From Catajapyx aquilonaris (taxonomy: Eukaryota): DNA of 54,809 nucleotides. Below the pieces are notes generated by a model. That model worked only from the letters and a program-made list of their open reading frames with translations, had not been told where the DNA came from and ran no database searches. The position numbers were made by a program, and so were the translations under genes. Position 1 is the stretch's first letter. Each line of letters begins with the position of its first letter. The stretch lies in contig KZ538671.1 in the NCBI GenBank assembly GCA_000934665.2, forward strand, positions 1 through 54,809, read 5' to 3'. This document shows, in pieces, positions 27,001 to 39,492 of this stretch.

Positions 27001-27966
27001 CCTCCACCTTTTTTTTTTTTTTAAAAAAAGAGGTCGTTGTTGTGTCAAAAAAAAAAACTTTCACCCCATACATTCTCCATATGACATCACACGTGGGCTG
27101 CAGCAGCAACAGACACCGAAGGAGAAACGAAGAAGCGGAATTTTCCATGGGTCATACAACTAGTAATTAATTTTTGCTCGACCATGACTTGATTTATTTG
27201 GCGGTAACTAGTTACCTGTTTTTTCGCAACTGAACTGTACAGGCTTCTGGAGATTAATTTTGTAAATCGGTTGCTAACGATAGAATTCGCTACTGTAGAA
27301 TCTAGTGGCACGGAAATGAATCTGAGGTGTCCGTAACTTTTCTTATTAGATTGTCTGTACGTAACAATGCCAATAATGTTTCATAAAATAATGTGAACCT
27401 GTCAGAATTGTATACCGTATGAGCAACAGGGCACATTATGATATTAATAGTGAGCAATGGCTCCAGTCAAATTGTGCTGCCATTTCAGGTGGGATAGTCT
27501 TAGCTTGTACAATCACGAGCAAAATTGTCTCATTTTTAAAAGGTTCGAACTGACGTCACAATAAGTCATTACGAAAAAAAAAATGGCAACAAAGGTGCTG
27601 TCAGTTCTACTTACAAGACGTTGGCAACAGAACGAACAATAAAAGCCACAACATGAGGTAATTCGAGTAATATTTTGCTCGTGACTATTAACTGCTACAA
27701 GTTTATAGCCTTCTGATCCAAAGTCATCATCTTCACCGGAAGGTCAGCCAAACTGGCATTAAAAATCCAGTGTTAAGTCACGTTTGGCACTTCAGAAATA
27801 AACTCACCCAGCAATATAACACTTGCTCTCTCTCTCTCTCAATTGTCCACCACTTGTTAACCTTTCCGATAACTTCCTTATTATTATTTTCTTTCAGGTG
27901 TCCGAATGGGAAAGCTGGCACCTGCTTTTTTTCCTGTTCCTCTCGATATTCAACCAGTGTGACCAG

Positions 27967-28377
27967 TTACTTGGCAAGCCCTGCGTCTTTGAGCAATGAG
28001 ATGATCTTGTGTCTAGGAACCTTGTTGCTTTCCCATTGTTCCATAGTCAAAGGCATCTCTTCTGGTGTGAGTCTGCTGGCTTCTGCCAATCTGCTGGCAA
28101 GAACTGGATCGGCGTAGAACGGATTTCGAAGCTCCCTTGGCAGCTTGGACTCCAGCATCGCTGTCCGATACACCTCAGGGATGTAGTGGGGGTTCGGATG
28201 TCTTTGAAGAAGCTGCTGGGGACGTCGTTGAAGCTGGGGTGGTAGGAAGAACCGAGGCTGTGGTGGTGGTGGAGGTACCACAACGTCGTTTAATGTCGGA
28301 AGGTTTTGAGATGGTAGAAACAGGACCACTGCCAAGCATGGGCTCAGCAACGTCAGGGATACAATCAGCAGCTTCAT
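27967..28377 (-). CDS. Small secreted Pro/Gln-rich protein (136 aa) of an uncharacterised arthropod family
   Basis: Signal peptide MKLLIVSLTLLSPCLA and a splice acceptor right before the ATG. The C-terminal ESKLPRELRNPFYADP...EMP...KIISLLKDAGL resembles a conserved insect protein family (from memory). Candidate TATA at 29713-29720 with a leader exon. Confidence 0.75.
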   Translation of the reverse strand: MKLLIVSLTLLSPCLAVVLFLPSQNLPTLNDVVVPPPPPQPRFFLPPQLQRRPQQLLQRHPNPHYIPEVYRTAMLESKLPRELRNPFYADPVLASRLAEASRLTPEEMPLTMEQWESNKVPRHKIISLLKDAGLAK

Positions 28378-30356
28378 GCTGAATGGGACAAAATTTTTTA
28401 ATTAAAATCATACAGCTGGACAGTTCAACAATACCTTCAGACAATAATCTCTTGTGATCTATGTCATTATTTTAGCTTCCACGTGTTTTTCTCGTGTGTG
28501 TTCCGTGGAACCGTTCTGGTTGTTGGGAGCCAAAATTGCGTCAAAGGAACAGTAGCTTTCACGTTGTGTAATATTGTTTTTGAGTGAGGTGCTCGCACGA
28601 AGAAGTTTGCGGGGGAATATTAGACACGGGCATGCTACACCTTGAATGTCTCAGGAGAAAAAGCACGCTTTGTCAATAACTTTTGGAGGGGTTTTTCCGA
28701 CAAGAAAGGAGCCTTGTACCCAGCACGGGCTGCTAAACTACTCATTGTTTTTTTGTAAAAAAAAATTGAAATTATTGCTGCATTCTTGAACCTGGCAGTA
28801 CGAACAAGCACAATTGCACTAGTACGAAACAGGACCTGGAAAAACTATGGCGTTTGTAAACTTGAAGAGAAGCTTGTGAAATTTTTATTATTATTTAAAG
28901 AATATTTTTTACGCAATATTTAAATCAAATATATTCAAGATATGAATGAATAAGGCTAGATTATGAGTGATTGACATTTTTAGCTTTCTTTCTAAAGTAG
29001 GCGAATATGACCTTCAAAATTTCTATCACACACTTAGGCTATTGGAAGTTGAAATAGCCATGCAATATTTCAACATAATTTTAGCATAATTTAACATACC
29101 GTCCTCGAGAAAGTATTATCTCCGTTAAAATCAGCGGTGTCATTGATGCATTAAAGTGGTCAGCTTAAGTTAAATATTTTTCACTTCACTGCTTATTGTT
29201 ATTCAGTAACTTAAGGACGGATAATATTAATAAATTTGTAAATATTAAGTGGGAACTACAGGATTTCTTCAGGCACTAAATTACACAAAATATTAGCCTA
29301 ACAACTAACATATTAACGAAATAAATCACCAGTACATTGCTAAAATCTCTGCTACTGACTATCCTGTCAAATAAAATTTAAAAATTTAAAAATAAAATCA
29401 TGCCATGCCATGTCCATTGTGTGTGTAGCAAGTGTTATTTTATCAATCACTTATAAATATTAATAGTTGTCACAAATGTTAGTTAGTCCTAATAAATAAT
29501 ACATGAAAGAAAAATTAGCAAAAAATCTCGGTTTACGTATGGTTATTCAAAACCCTTTTGCAAAATTGACCGCACTAATTCCATCTAACCAACTCACATC
29601 ACCCACCTTTGCAATTCAAAAAGACGTTGAGGACCCTGTCCTGTGAGAGGTGTGCTTCTTCCGAAGACCACGAGCAAAATACTTCCTGGCGGAAGGAGGC
29701 CCTCCTCTTTCACTTTTATACGTCGAGCTCTTGCGAAAGCGGTCAAGGGTGGCCCAGGGGTGGGGTGCCCACCTGGCTACTCCTTTTTTTTCTCTCTCTC
29801 TCTCTCACTGTTCACCTTCTCTCTTTTTTTTCTTCTCAACACCAAAATGTGACCCTGAGCTCAATGATATGTCATCACGGGATCAAAGCCAAAAACGAAG
29901 GAACCACCAGACTGAAGGATAACACACTGATACGGTTACGCGAATATTGTGTGTGAGAGAGTTATTTTTTTCAAGGGAAAGTTCTTATATGACTTTGCGT
30001 AATACTTGGTAACTTCTTGGGTAGGTTTTTGACTAATATATTCACAAAAATGTTTCCTGGCTGGAGGGAGAAAGCCAAGGTCAATTGTTTAGGTATACAG
30101 AGCGTGACAGTTTTGTGAGTAGCTAAATAGCCGATAGCTTCCGTGCTTGAATTAGATTGATTAATATGCGATAATCGGGCATGCATGGCTGGTTATTATC
30201 GGATCTATTGGTCCGGAGGGGAGGGGGGGTGAAAGTGGGAAGGTTTGAAGCACGTTGAAGTGTGGTCTCCTTTTTTCGTCAGTGTCGACAGCATTTCCTG
30301 ATGGCGATTGGCACTGGTACTGCTCATATTGGCTAGGGGGCAAAAAAAAGTGTTAT

Positions 30357-30690
30357 TATTATGCGATTCACGAGTCCTGGCCTGTTAGGCTCCTCCCCCG
30401 TCCTCCGCCCTCTGAAGGCGAGGTTGCCACGTCCGCGTCCGCGTCCGCCATGGCCTCACACGCCTGCCAGGAGGATGGGGGAGAGCACTTGGCAGCAGTG
30501 GATCGCATTGGGGGGGGACAACCAGGCCTGGAAATACGACGAACCATCTATCCCTTGTTGAGACCGAAGCCCGCACCAATGGCTCCTACTCGCGAGAATC
30601 ACGAGCATTCCAGGCCTGATTTCTTCCGCCGCTGACGTTGGGAGGAGGTGGGTGGAGCCTAACAGGCCAGGACTCGTGAATCGCATAATA
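30357..30690. mobile_element. MITE with 37 bp perfect TIRs and GC-rich interior
   Basis: tattatgcgattcacgagtcctggcctgttaggctcc (30357-30393) and its exact reverse complement (30654-30690). Confidence 0.8.
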
Positions 30691-32602
30691 CCTACTTAGC
30701 AAAAAAAAATATCAACTTTTCCAATATTTCAGATGTACTAGTGTTATTTTAATATTTTAAATCCACTGCATGATGGCAGCTGTTCAGAGAATATTGTCTT
30801 ACAGGATATAGGTGTGGGCCTATCTACCAAGGGTTATCTCAATTTTTTAAACCTTGTTGTTGGAGAAGAGAATCAAGTTCACCCTGAGCTGATGCTTAAA
30901 AGGGAATGTCACAATGGTCTTTGTTTTGCTGGTATGTACGTTGATGAAACTACAACTGTAGTGTTTGCAGTAAGGCGTGGCCTCTCTGAATCAAAATAGT
31001 AGCAAGGACGCAGCTTAAAATAATTAAATTACAGCAAAAATGGCAGAAAAAATATCGCTACAATCACTACTTAATGTTGGAGTATCGGCCCTAAGTGAAA
31101 TGTCGCTGTCAAAATTATGATACCTTTTGCACACTTTTGATTAAAACCATCAGTATAATGAATGCTAGCTGACATGCGACGTGCTAGTAAAAATTTTCTC
31201 AAATTAAAACCTAGAGACGTTTTTAGTTCAAGGCGAGATTCAAATCTGAGTGATAGTCACCCAAAGAAGGGCAATGTGTATTTAGCACATAGTCAAGCCA
31301 TATGCACATACGCCTTCTCTATGGAAGACAAAAGACACGTACAAATTCATCGTTTCGGAAGAGCAATGACAGTAGGAGTAAATAAAAGTAATACCTCAGT
31401 ACGCAAGGACACGATGGCCATAATTGGCACATTTGAGTCGTAAACACTGTGAAAAAAAAGGCGACATGACAACAAAGTAGAACGTTTACACTTATTTCCC
31501 AGACTCAAGGACAAGGAGATAATGCATAATTTTTTTTAAAAAATGCGTATCGATTATTGTGCATTAAGTTTCTGGATCATTTGTCAGCTTATGAGTCAAG
31601 GCGAACATGCACATGCAACTTCGTGTGAGACAGAAGGTCCCTAGTTGTCCGGTTACACACAAGGCAACGGAAGAGGTCTCAATAATATTTCGACCTTATC
31701 TCTACTATACGTGAAGGGCGTTATCGACTATTGGCAGCAATGTGTATGACCCGATTTTGGCAATTACAGTTGGGCCTTGCACGTACATTGTATGACTATA
31801 GGTAAATCCCTGACTTTGATTGTGGCCGCTTACAAGATTTCCGTTCTAGGAAGTTTTGCAATCGCGGCTTTCCTTGAGGGAACGGAACTAATTGGACCTT
31901 GAACGTACGCTACTTAAGGTCATTCATACCGCTCGACAGGACGTTAACATTGAGTAACGTGTGTGATGTCAGTTTCGCGAGAAGCAAAAAAATATTCGTT
32001 GCAAGGACGACCGGTTTTTTTTGCGAAACAACAATTTTATGAAGCTCTTACTAGAGGGCGGTATGTGCTGTTGTGCGAAGATGTAACCACCTGTATAGAT
32101 TGTACAAAATATGAGTCTCCTTTGGTTGGTAATGATTCTTCGTTGGAAACAATAATACATGAATGCTAGGATATTCATTATTAACTCTACAACCGTAATC
32201 ACTGAATCAAGCGAAGGTAGGGATCAATTACGTCGTGGTATCCCAGGGCAATTAATTACTAAGTAGTTTGTCTCCAGATGAGACTAGCTATAGGGGTAGT
32301 CAGACCACTCTTGCATAACTTTTATTGCTGTGTGTATGTAAGGGAAAGAAGGAACTCACTTTAATACCTTTTTTAAAATACCGGTGCCTCTAATGTAACA
32401 TCCCATGCGTCAATGATAACAGCATAAACTCCATACATTAAATGATTTAAGGTCCAAAAATGACATTACCATTGTAATCATTAGGCTTATGCAGGTGGAA
32501 ACAAGCAAGTCGTTAGCAAAATAATGCACTGACATCAACCTTATAAAAATCAGAGGAAAATCTCAAATTACAATATTTTAATGTTGTTTAATGTTGCGTG
32601 AA

Positions 32603-34316
32603 CGAAACATGATACATCATTATTTTATCCCGGAGTAATGTTGAATACTCCACTTCACTGCAGCATTGTTGAATAACTATTTTCACTCTTATTTTGCCAC
32701 TAAGCACTAACACATGTGTACACTCTATTGTTAATGGAAAATAATAATTATGACACTCTGTGCTTTAGACTATAGAGAATTTAATGACAGAGTGATGAAC
32801 CAGCCTGAAACCGCGATCTAACATATAAACATGACATTTTGGATCAAGAACGATGTTACGCGACTACGAACGTAATCAATTTAAATCACAGAATGAGAAT
32901 TTCAGATCTTCAATAATTGTAATTAGGAAAACCTGGGAACACGGGAATCCCGTCCACGAGTTGGCATCCTGCTCTGAATAACAAAATATTGAATGAAAAC
33001 GTCACGAGACCCCCTGACGTTTTTCGTGATCATGATATCCTTGGACGCAACAGTGTCACATAAAAAATACTAGTCTACGTAACATCTCTCTATCGAAGAT
33101 TTTTTTTGGAACACAATGGAACTTGTACGTCAGGATTAACCATGCAGTTGTATAATACTGGCTCTTCATAAGGAAAATATTGATTCCAGAGGAAGGAACG
33201 AAGAAACGAAGACATATTGTCAGATTTGACAGAGACGGGTAAGTAAGTCATAGTGTCATACATTATTTGACATTAAAAAAAAATGACACATATGTTAAAA
33301 AGACAAGATTGACAGTGTGGATCAGATTGAATCAGTTGAGTGTGTGGTTTGTTTATGGGAATAGGCAATAAGGTGTTAAGAGGGGGATAAAGAGAATATA
33401 TTTCTTTGTGTGTAGTGAATTATTGAGGTTTTTTGTTATTAGAGCAAACAAGATAGGTAAGTTGGTCATTTTCATTATGCATGTTATAATATTTCAGGGA
33501 TTTATTAAAGTTTTCTTGACGATCTCCTGAAAAGTGATTAAAAATGACATATAGGTACTTTCATCGTTCAACGCTTACTGTCCAATAAGCAGGTTAGGTG
33601 ATAGCATTTTTGTCATGCATACAGCATTATCTACATTCTATGCATTTAACAGAGAGCCGACAGTAGAGATGAGCATTAGTCTATGTATTAGAGATGATTA
33701 TAATATAATTTTGTTCCGAGCAATTTTCATGAGTTGGTAAGCTAAAATGATGAGGAATAAATAATTCTTAGTTGGAAACAAAAATAAATTAAATCTTACA
33801 TAAATGTGCCCATATTCATTAACTCCACAACCAAGAGCAATCAAAGACGCATGAGTGGTCGAATGAAAAGTCTTCTATGAAGGACGCGCATGTTTATAGT
33901 CACTAAATCCAGCAATTTGTCGATATGACGTCCGTATGGTCGCAAGGACGTCCAAGGAGGAAAAAAAACCATTTTCGCTAAAATATCTCGTAATCATTTG
34001 AATCATACGAAAGTAGTTTACAGCGTGGATGAATTATACGTCGTAGTATCCCAGGGCAATTAATTATTAAAAGTAGTTTGGCTCCAGATGGCACGGGCTA
34101 GGCTGGGGTAGTCAGACCACTCTTGCATTACATTTTTTTTTTGGTTAATTGTTATATCAATGTATTCGTTGGATAATTAATTGCTTAATTAATATCTGGA
34201 CATCTAGTGGCAAGAGTGAGTCATTTCAGAGGCGAAATTCCAGTAATTTCAGATTAAAATATAATCATTTTTAGATCGTAGTATATTATGTTTAACGGAG
34301 GTTTATGCTCATAATG
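32603..34316 (+). repeat. Segmental duplication block A (copy 1); paralogous to 39493-41181 and partly to 44360-44752
   Basis: Collinear high similarity from cgaaacatgatacatcattattttatcccggag to ggaggtttatgctcataatg. Confidence 0.9.
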
Positions 34317-34510
34317 GTCAGTAGTGGTCAACTTTTATTTGAAAATGATTTAATGTGTCAAGGCATGTTTAAATTATTATATAATCAGGTTCTTATCCAA
34401 GCAAAGTCAAAAGTTCTTGCATTTTCCCACGTCACTCTCCAATCACGTGTTTCAGCTCACTTTTTCATCCAATTAGTTCCAAGCGCATCACTAAAAGTTG
34501 ACACATTTTC

Positions 34511-34856
34511 TTAAAATTCTAAGCTTGTTTACTGTATATAAAAAAAGGGAAGCACACACTGTATCTTGAAGAGGCAGATATCCAGTTTTCCTCTTCTTCA
34601 TGATTTCGTATCATCGTCACAATTGACGAGGTCATTCTTGCATCATGTAAGTCTATAAAGAACCCTCGCAGGTAGGAATATACTCATTTCTCTGGTGGCG
34701 GAGAAGAATACCGTATAGTTTCTTACATTGACATACGAGGGTAAGTGAATAGATTGTCGGTAGGAATATCAGCTGCATAATATTATGCTAAGTACTGTCC
34801 GAGATTCAGTTTTTGCAGTGGCAGGACGCGAAGGGCATTATTGGTTTGGGGGGAAT
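34511..34856 (+). repeat. Duplication block B; paralogous to ~38928-39283
   Basis: Shared ctaagcttgtt...gggaagcacacactgtatc...ggcggagaagaataccgta...gaagggcattattgg. Confidence 0.85.
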
Positions 34857-35405
34857 TTTAATACTTTCAAATAGTTTACAAGCAGGTGACCTGACAATAT
34901 TTCAAGACGACAATACGTAGTGACACATCTTCCGTATAGACACAAATATGGACCCAAAATGGGTATAAAATACGGGGCTAATGTCGATGTTTGACCAAAG
35001 TTCATAACAATCAGCGTCCAAATTTGGACCCAAAACGAAGCCAAAATTATGCAGATTTAACCAACTGCTCATTTCGAAATTTCCTCAAAAGATTTTCCTC
35101 GCAAGACAGGTATCCATTACATGCGGTATTAATGCAATGAGAATTTTCCGCCTGTACTATCCGACTAGAGTACTAGACAAACGTAATTAGATCTGCTTCT
35201 TCATTCAGACACTGTGTATGAAGGAAAAGGGAGATAAAACTTTCATTCGAATCACATTAATGAAATAATATAAGCTTGTGCCTCGTGCTTACTTATGCCA
35301 AGAGCTAATCTTGCTTATACCGATTAAAAGGTGATCCTTTTATTGCTTTTGAGATGTTTCCTTACTAAATATAGTATTTGAAGATTCCTGTGAACACAAT
35401 CAAAC

Positions 35406-35568
35406 ATGGCTGAAGAGAGCAACATGAGTTGGATGCAGCGCTTTCTTATCCAGATAGTGAAGCAAGGAGATGTTCCGCGACATGTAGCTATCATTATGGA
35501 CGGAAACAGAAGATACGCCAGGAGCAAAGGGCTGCCGGTCATTCATGGGCACAGGGAAGGGTAAATGA

Positions 35569-35638
<70 letters not shown>

Positions 35639-37145
35639 TCATAAGAAGATGTTGGAGGCCCAGGAATGGTGCAGAGAGATGGGAGTGTACGCCCTAACAG
35701 CCTATGCTTTCAGCATAGAGAACTTCAAGAGGACAAAGGAAGAGGTGGATGGACTGATGGCATTGTTCGAGGAAGCGTTTCAAGATATCGTGGACAATAT
35801 GTGAGTCGTGATGTCTGAGATAAACAATTGAAGGATTGGAAAGCAAAATAGATCTTGGAAATTGTTTCACACTGCTGGACATAATAATTTATAATCAACT
35901 AGCTCATAGATTCGCAATTAAAAGTAACTGTTCCAAAGAAACTGCTAGCCTATACATATTGAGCAGTTTAGTGCCACAAATCGCAAACCACTTAGGGCAA
36001 TTTAATAGGAACATTTTGTACTGAGAATAATATGATAATGGCAATGCACATGGCTTCAATCGTTCAATGTGAGCAATATTTTCAATTATTCCAGCGACAC
36101 TTGGATCAAGAGGGGTACTCAGATCCGCGTGATGGGTCGACTGGAACTATTTCCCCAAAAACTGCAAACCCTGGCTGGACAGATCATGGAGAAGACGGCT
36201 CATTGCACCAAGGACGTCTTTACTCTGGCGGCTCCCTATACACATGTGAGTTACACCATTACCCACTTTGTTATACAGCAAGTGCGTGGTGAAGCACATC
36301 CTGGCAGGTTTGCACCCAACCACACACGGATCACGTGCAAAATATCACGCTCTGCGAGTGCTGTATTCGCATAGGAAAATGTGGTTATGCATGGTCATCT
36401 CACCCACGGTCAAATGCACTCTGAAAATGGTCGATCAGAAAATATTGGTTCCTACGGGCTACCTGTCTGCATAGTATGTTACAAATTTTCTTTCTCATCT
36501 ATGCAGCCCGTGATGACATGACCTCCGCAATTCACCAGCTGATGGACGGAGTGGGCAACGGTCTGTCAGAGGGACTGATGGAGAAGTGTCTCCAGACCAG
36601 GGACCTTCCTCCTGTGGACATGCTCGTTAGGACATCAGGGGAAATGAGGTTCTCGGACTTCATGCTCTGGCAGGTCAGTCCCAAGTGCTGCTGCAGCTTT
36701 AGGTCACTATAGTTATGTAACTACTATTTTGCAGAGCTCCTACAGCTACATTTGCTTTGAGCAAGTAACATGGCCTGAATATGGATTCTGGAACTTCCTT
36801 GGAAGCATCTTGCTCTTTCAACGTCATGCACACCATTTGAAGGTATGGTACAGTATGTCCTCTTTCGGTTTAACCAATTTACGTTATCTCCTATAAGATT
36901 GCATCATTCAACCGAACTTCACATGGTTGCTAGTATTACAAAATAATAAGCTTATATTGAAATGTTATTCGATATCACTGAATATTGACACAATCCTGTT
37001 ACAGGATCGTCTGATGAAAGCTGGGCAAGAACTGCAGAGAGAACGATTAGAAGCGGACAAGGGAAGCAGGATTAGTAGTTTCTTGCATACTCTGGACAGA
37101 AATTACGCCCAGTATGTGACGAGCCTGTCCAGTAATTCGCCATAA
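35406..37145 (+). pseudogene. DHDDS: cis-prenyltransferase (DHDDS-like) copy 1, apparently frameshifted; exons 35406-35560, 35639-35800, 36095-36245, 36507-36673, 36735-36842, 37005-37145
   Basis: Motifs [25 protein letters not shown] and [19 protein letters not shown]. Exon 3 is 151 nt versus 149 nt in copy 3 (+2 frameshift), and exon 4 lacks 18 nt. Confidence 0.75.
35570..35635 (+). repeat. (ATT)n microsatellite filling most of intron 1 of cis-PT copy 1
   Basis: ~22 perfect ATT units between the GT donor at 35561 and the AG acceptor at 35638. Confidence 0.97.
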
Positions 37146-38411
37146 AATATTGCGGCCAATAGGGAATATCAGTTCATAGAGGGTGATGGAGTGTATGCGT
37201 TGGGACCCTACCTTTCTAATGAATGGAAAAGGATCATTAATATTTTGAAATGATTTCTTTTCGTCCTTCTTTCAGTCATTGGGATGCTGACGAATTACTT
37301 TAAAGTCTGTAGAAAGTTGGTTTGCTGGGAAGATGTGACCCTAAGTGAAGGACGTTATCATTTGGGATAATTTTAATAGTTTTTGGAATATTCAGGAAAA
37401 GTTGCATTCCTGACAAAATAATCCTTCAAAAACAAAGTCCCACAATGCAATGCTTGAATTTATAAGGAATTGTCTGTAAACGCTTTGGAGTGACGGATAT
37501 GTCAATAATCTCGAATTGGTAATTGATAATAATCTGATGAGCATGCAGGATGTTTTTCTCTCCCGTCCAAGAGGAAACCCCATTTTTCCCAGGCAACGAA
37601 AGCTTCGTGCAGGCCTTACGTAAGTATGAATCGCTCGCACCTCACCACAAACCACTAATTTTGTTGTCAGAACGTGTGTTGTGCCTGCAATTACCACGTA
37701 CCGTATGTAAAGATGAAATAACATTAATTTTGAACCATTGGCGTCTGCAAGAGAGGAGATGAGTTGAATTCAGGATCAATGGAAGGAATGGAGAAATTTC
37801 TTATCCGGTCTAAACATATCCATTTCTGATGCAGTGTCGTAAATAGTGAAATCAATTGTTCAGACACCGATCTTTAGTTGACTTACAATATTCTTTATAG
37901 AATTCTGCATTCCTTCACTAATTATTGCTCTCCGAGTGAGGCAGTCTTCACCTTTTCTTCATCATCTCAGTTTGCACCTCACTCATTCGTTTCAAAAAAA
38001 AAAAAGCCGGCTTCTCATAGCCTTGAGCATGGCCAATGTAACCCAATAAAAGTCGCAGTTACTACGTTCAGAGCAAGAATGGGATAATCAAGGCAATAAA
38101 CCTAAAAAAACTCAAGACTGAGAAGATAACAAAATCATGATTTTTGCATAATAATCAATGTCAACATGCAATTTACACTTCGAGTGAGAGGTAGCGCATT
38201 ACACAATCTCATTGCGTATCATGTGGCGTAATTAAATGTATACGTAGTGTTCAACGTCATTTTCAAATTCACATGACATAAAACAACCCTGGACCGAAGC
38301 CTCAGACGTAAGGGGCTGTAATGGTTAATTTATTTTCCCATCACGATCACGAATCACGTGCTTCTTGACTTGTTCTTTCAACAAAAGCAAGCGATAAGAC
38401 AATCAATAACA

Positions 38412-38563
38412 ATGGCTGGAGAAGGCAACATCATGACTCGGATGCAGCGCTTCATGATCCAGATAGTAAGGCCAGGAGATGTTCCGCGACATGTGGCGGT
38501 CATAATGGACGGAAATAGAAGATACGCCAAAAGCAAAGGGCTGCCGGTCATAGAGGGTCACAA
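38412..38563 (+). pseudogene. cis-prenyltransferase copy 2, exon-1-only fragment
   Basis: [51 protein letters not shown], then abrupt loss of similarity; no downstream cis-PT exons before 50705. Confidence 0.85.
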
Positions 38564-38752
38564 ACCTGAAGACGTAAGTGTCCTTTTTGCCATGCAGTTA
38601 GACCATAGAGTAAAAGGAACATGTGGAAGCCTGAAGAGAGAGCATTTTCATTGTCTTTGTATATTACTGCAGCTTATTATAGATTTCTTAAGCGAAGAGG
38701 ATTACAGGACTCCAGCAGCTCCAGAATATGGAATGATGAGGAGATGATGTAA

Positions 38753-38896
38753 GAGGAGGTGGAGGAAGAAGACATGCACAACGATTTCAGGGACATCGCA
38801 GAAAAGGATGATTCTTTGGCTTTGACTGGTCTGGAGAAAAACACCGTGGAGTACATAGCAGGCTATTGGCCAAGAAATGCCTGAAAAGATTTCCGA
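38753..38896 (+). mobile_element. Decayed P-element/THAP9-like transposase C-terminal fragment
   Basis: Translates (with one frameshift) as acidic tract + LTGLEKNTVEYIAGY(L)AKKCLKRFP. The YIAGY motif is typical of P-element transposase C-termini (recognised from memory). Confidence 0.5.
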
Positions 38897-39492
38897 CGTC
38901 ACTGTCCAAGTCCAAGTCGAGAAATTTTTAAAAATCCTAAGCTTGTTCACTGTATAAAAAAAGGGCGGGAAGCACACACTGTATCATGAAGAGGCAGAGA
39001 TAGAAATTTTTCCCTATTCATGAATTCGTGATGTCGTAATGCCAGAATTGACAAGGCCATTCTTGCTTCTATTTTAACGAATTATAATGAACCTTCGCAA
39101 GTAGGAATATACGCATTTCTCTAGTGGCGGAGAAGAATACCGTAAAGTTTCTTACATTGGTATATTTACGAAGGTAATTTAATAGATTGTCGGTAAGAAT
39201 ATCAGCTACATAATTTATGAGTACTCTCCGAGATTCAGTTTTGGAGTCGCAGAACACGAAGGGCATTATTGGGTTGGGGGAATGAATATGAAATCCGTTT
39301 GCCGCTATCTTTTGCGGTTGAGACCCTGATAGGCTACCTGTCCATAAACGGACAGCCAGACAGCCAGAGCCGTTCCTTAAGACTTTTTTTTTGATGATGA
39401 GGAAAAGTCTACAACTACATACTATAACGGTATCAAAAAAGTAATAAATTGAAGGATGATTGCCAATTGCTACCTTGCTTCGTTTATAAATG

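Noticed and set aside
35429..35804. Poly-Ile/poly-Leu ORFs
   Set aside because: Translation of the intronic (ATT)n microsatellite.
37550..37762. 70 aa ORF between cis-PT copies 1 and 2
   Set aside because: No motif or supporting neighbouring exons.
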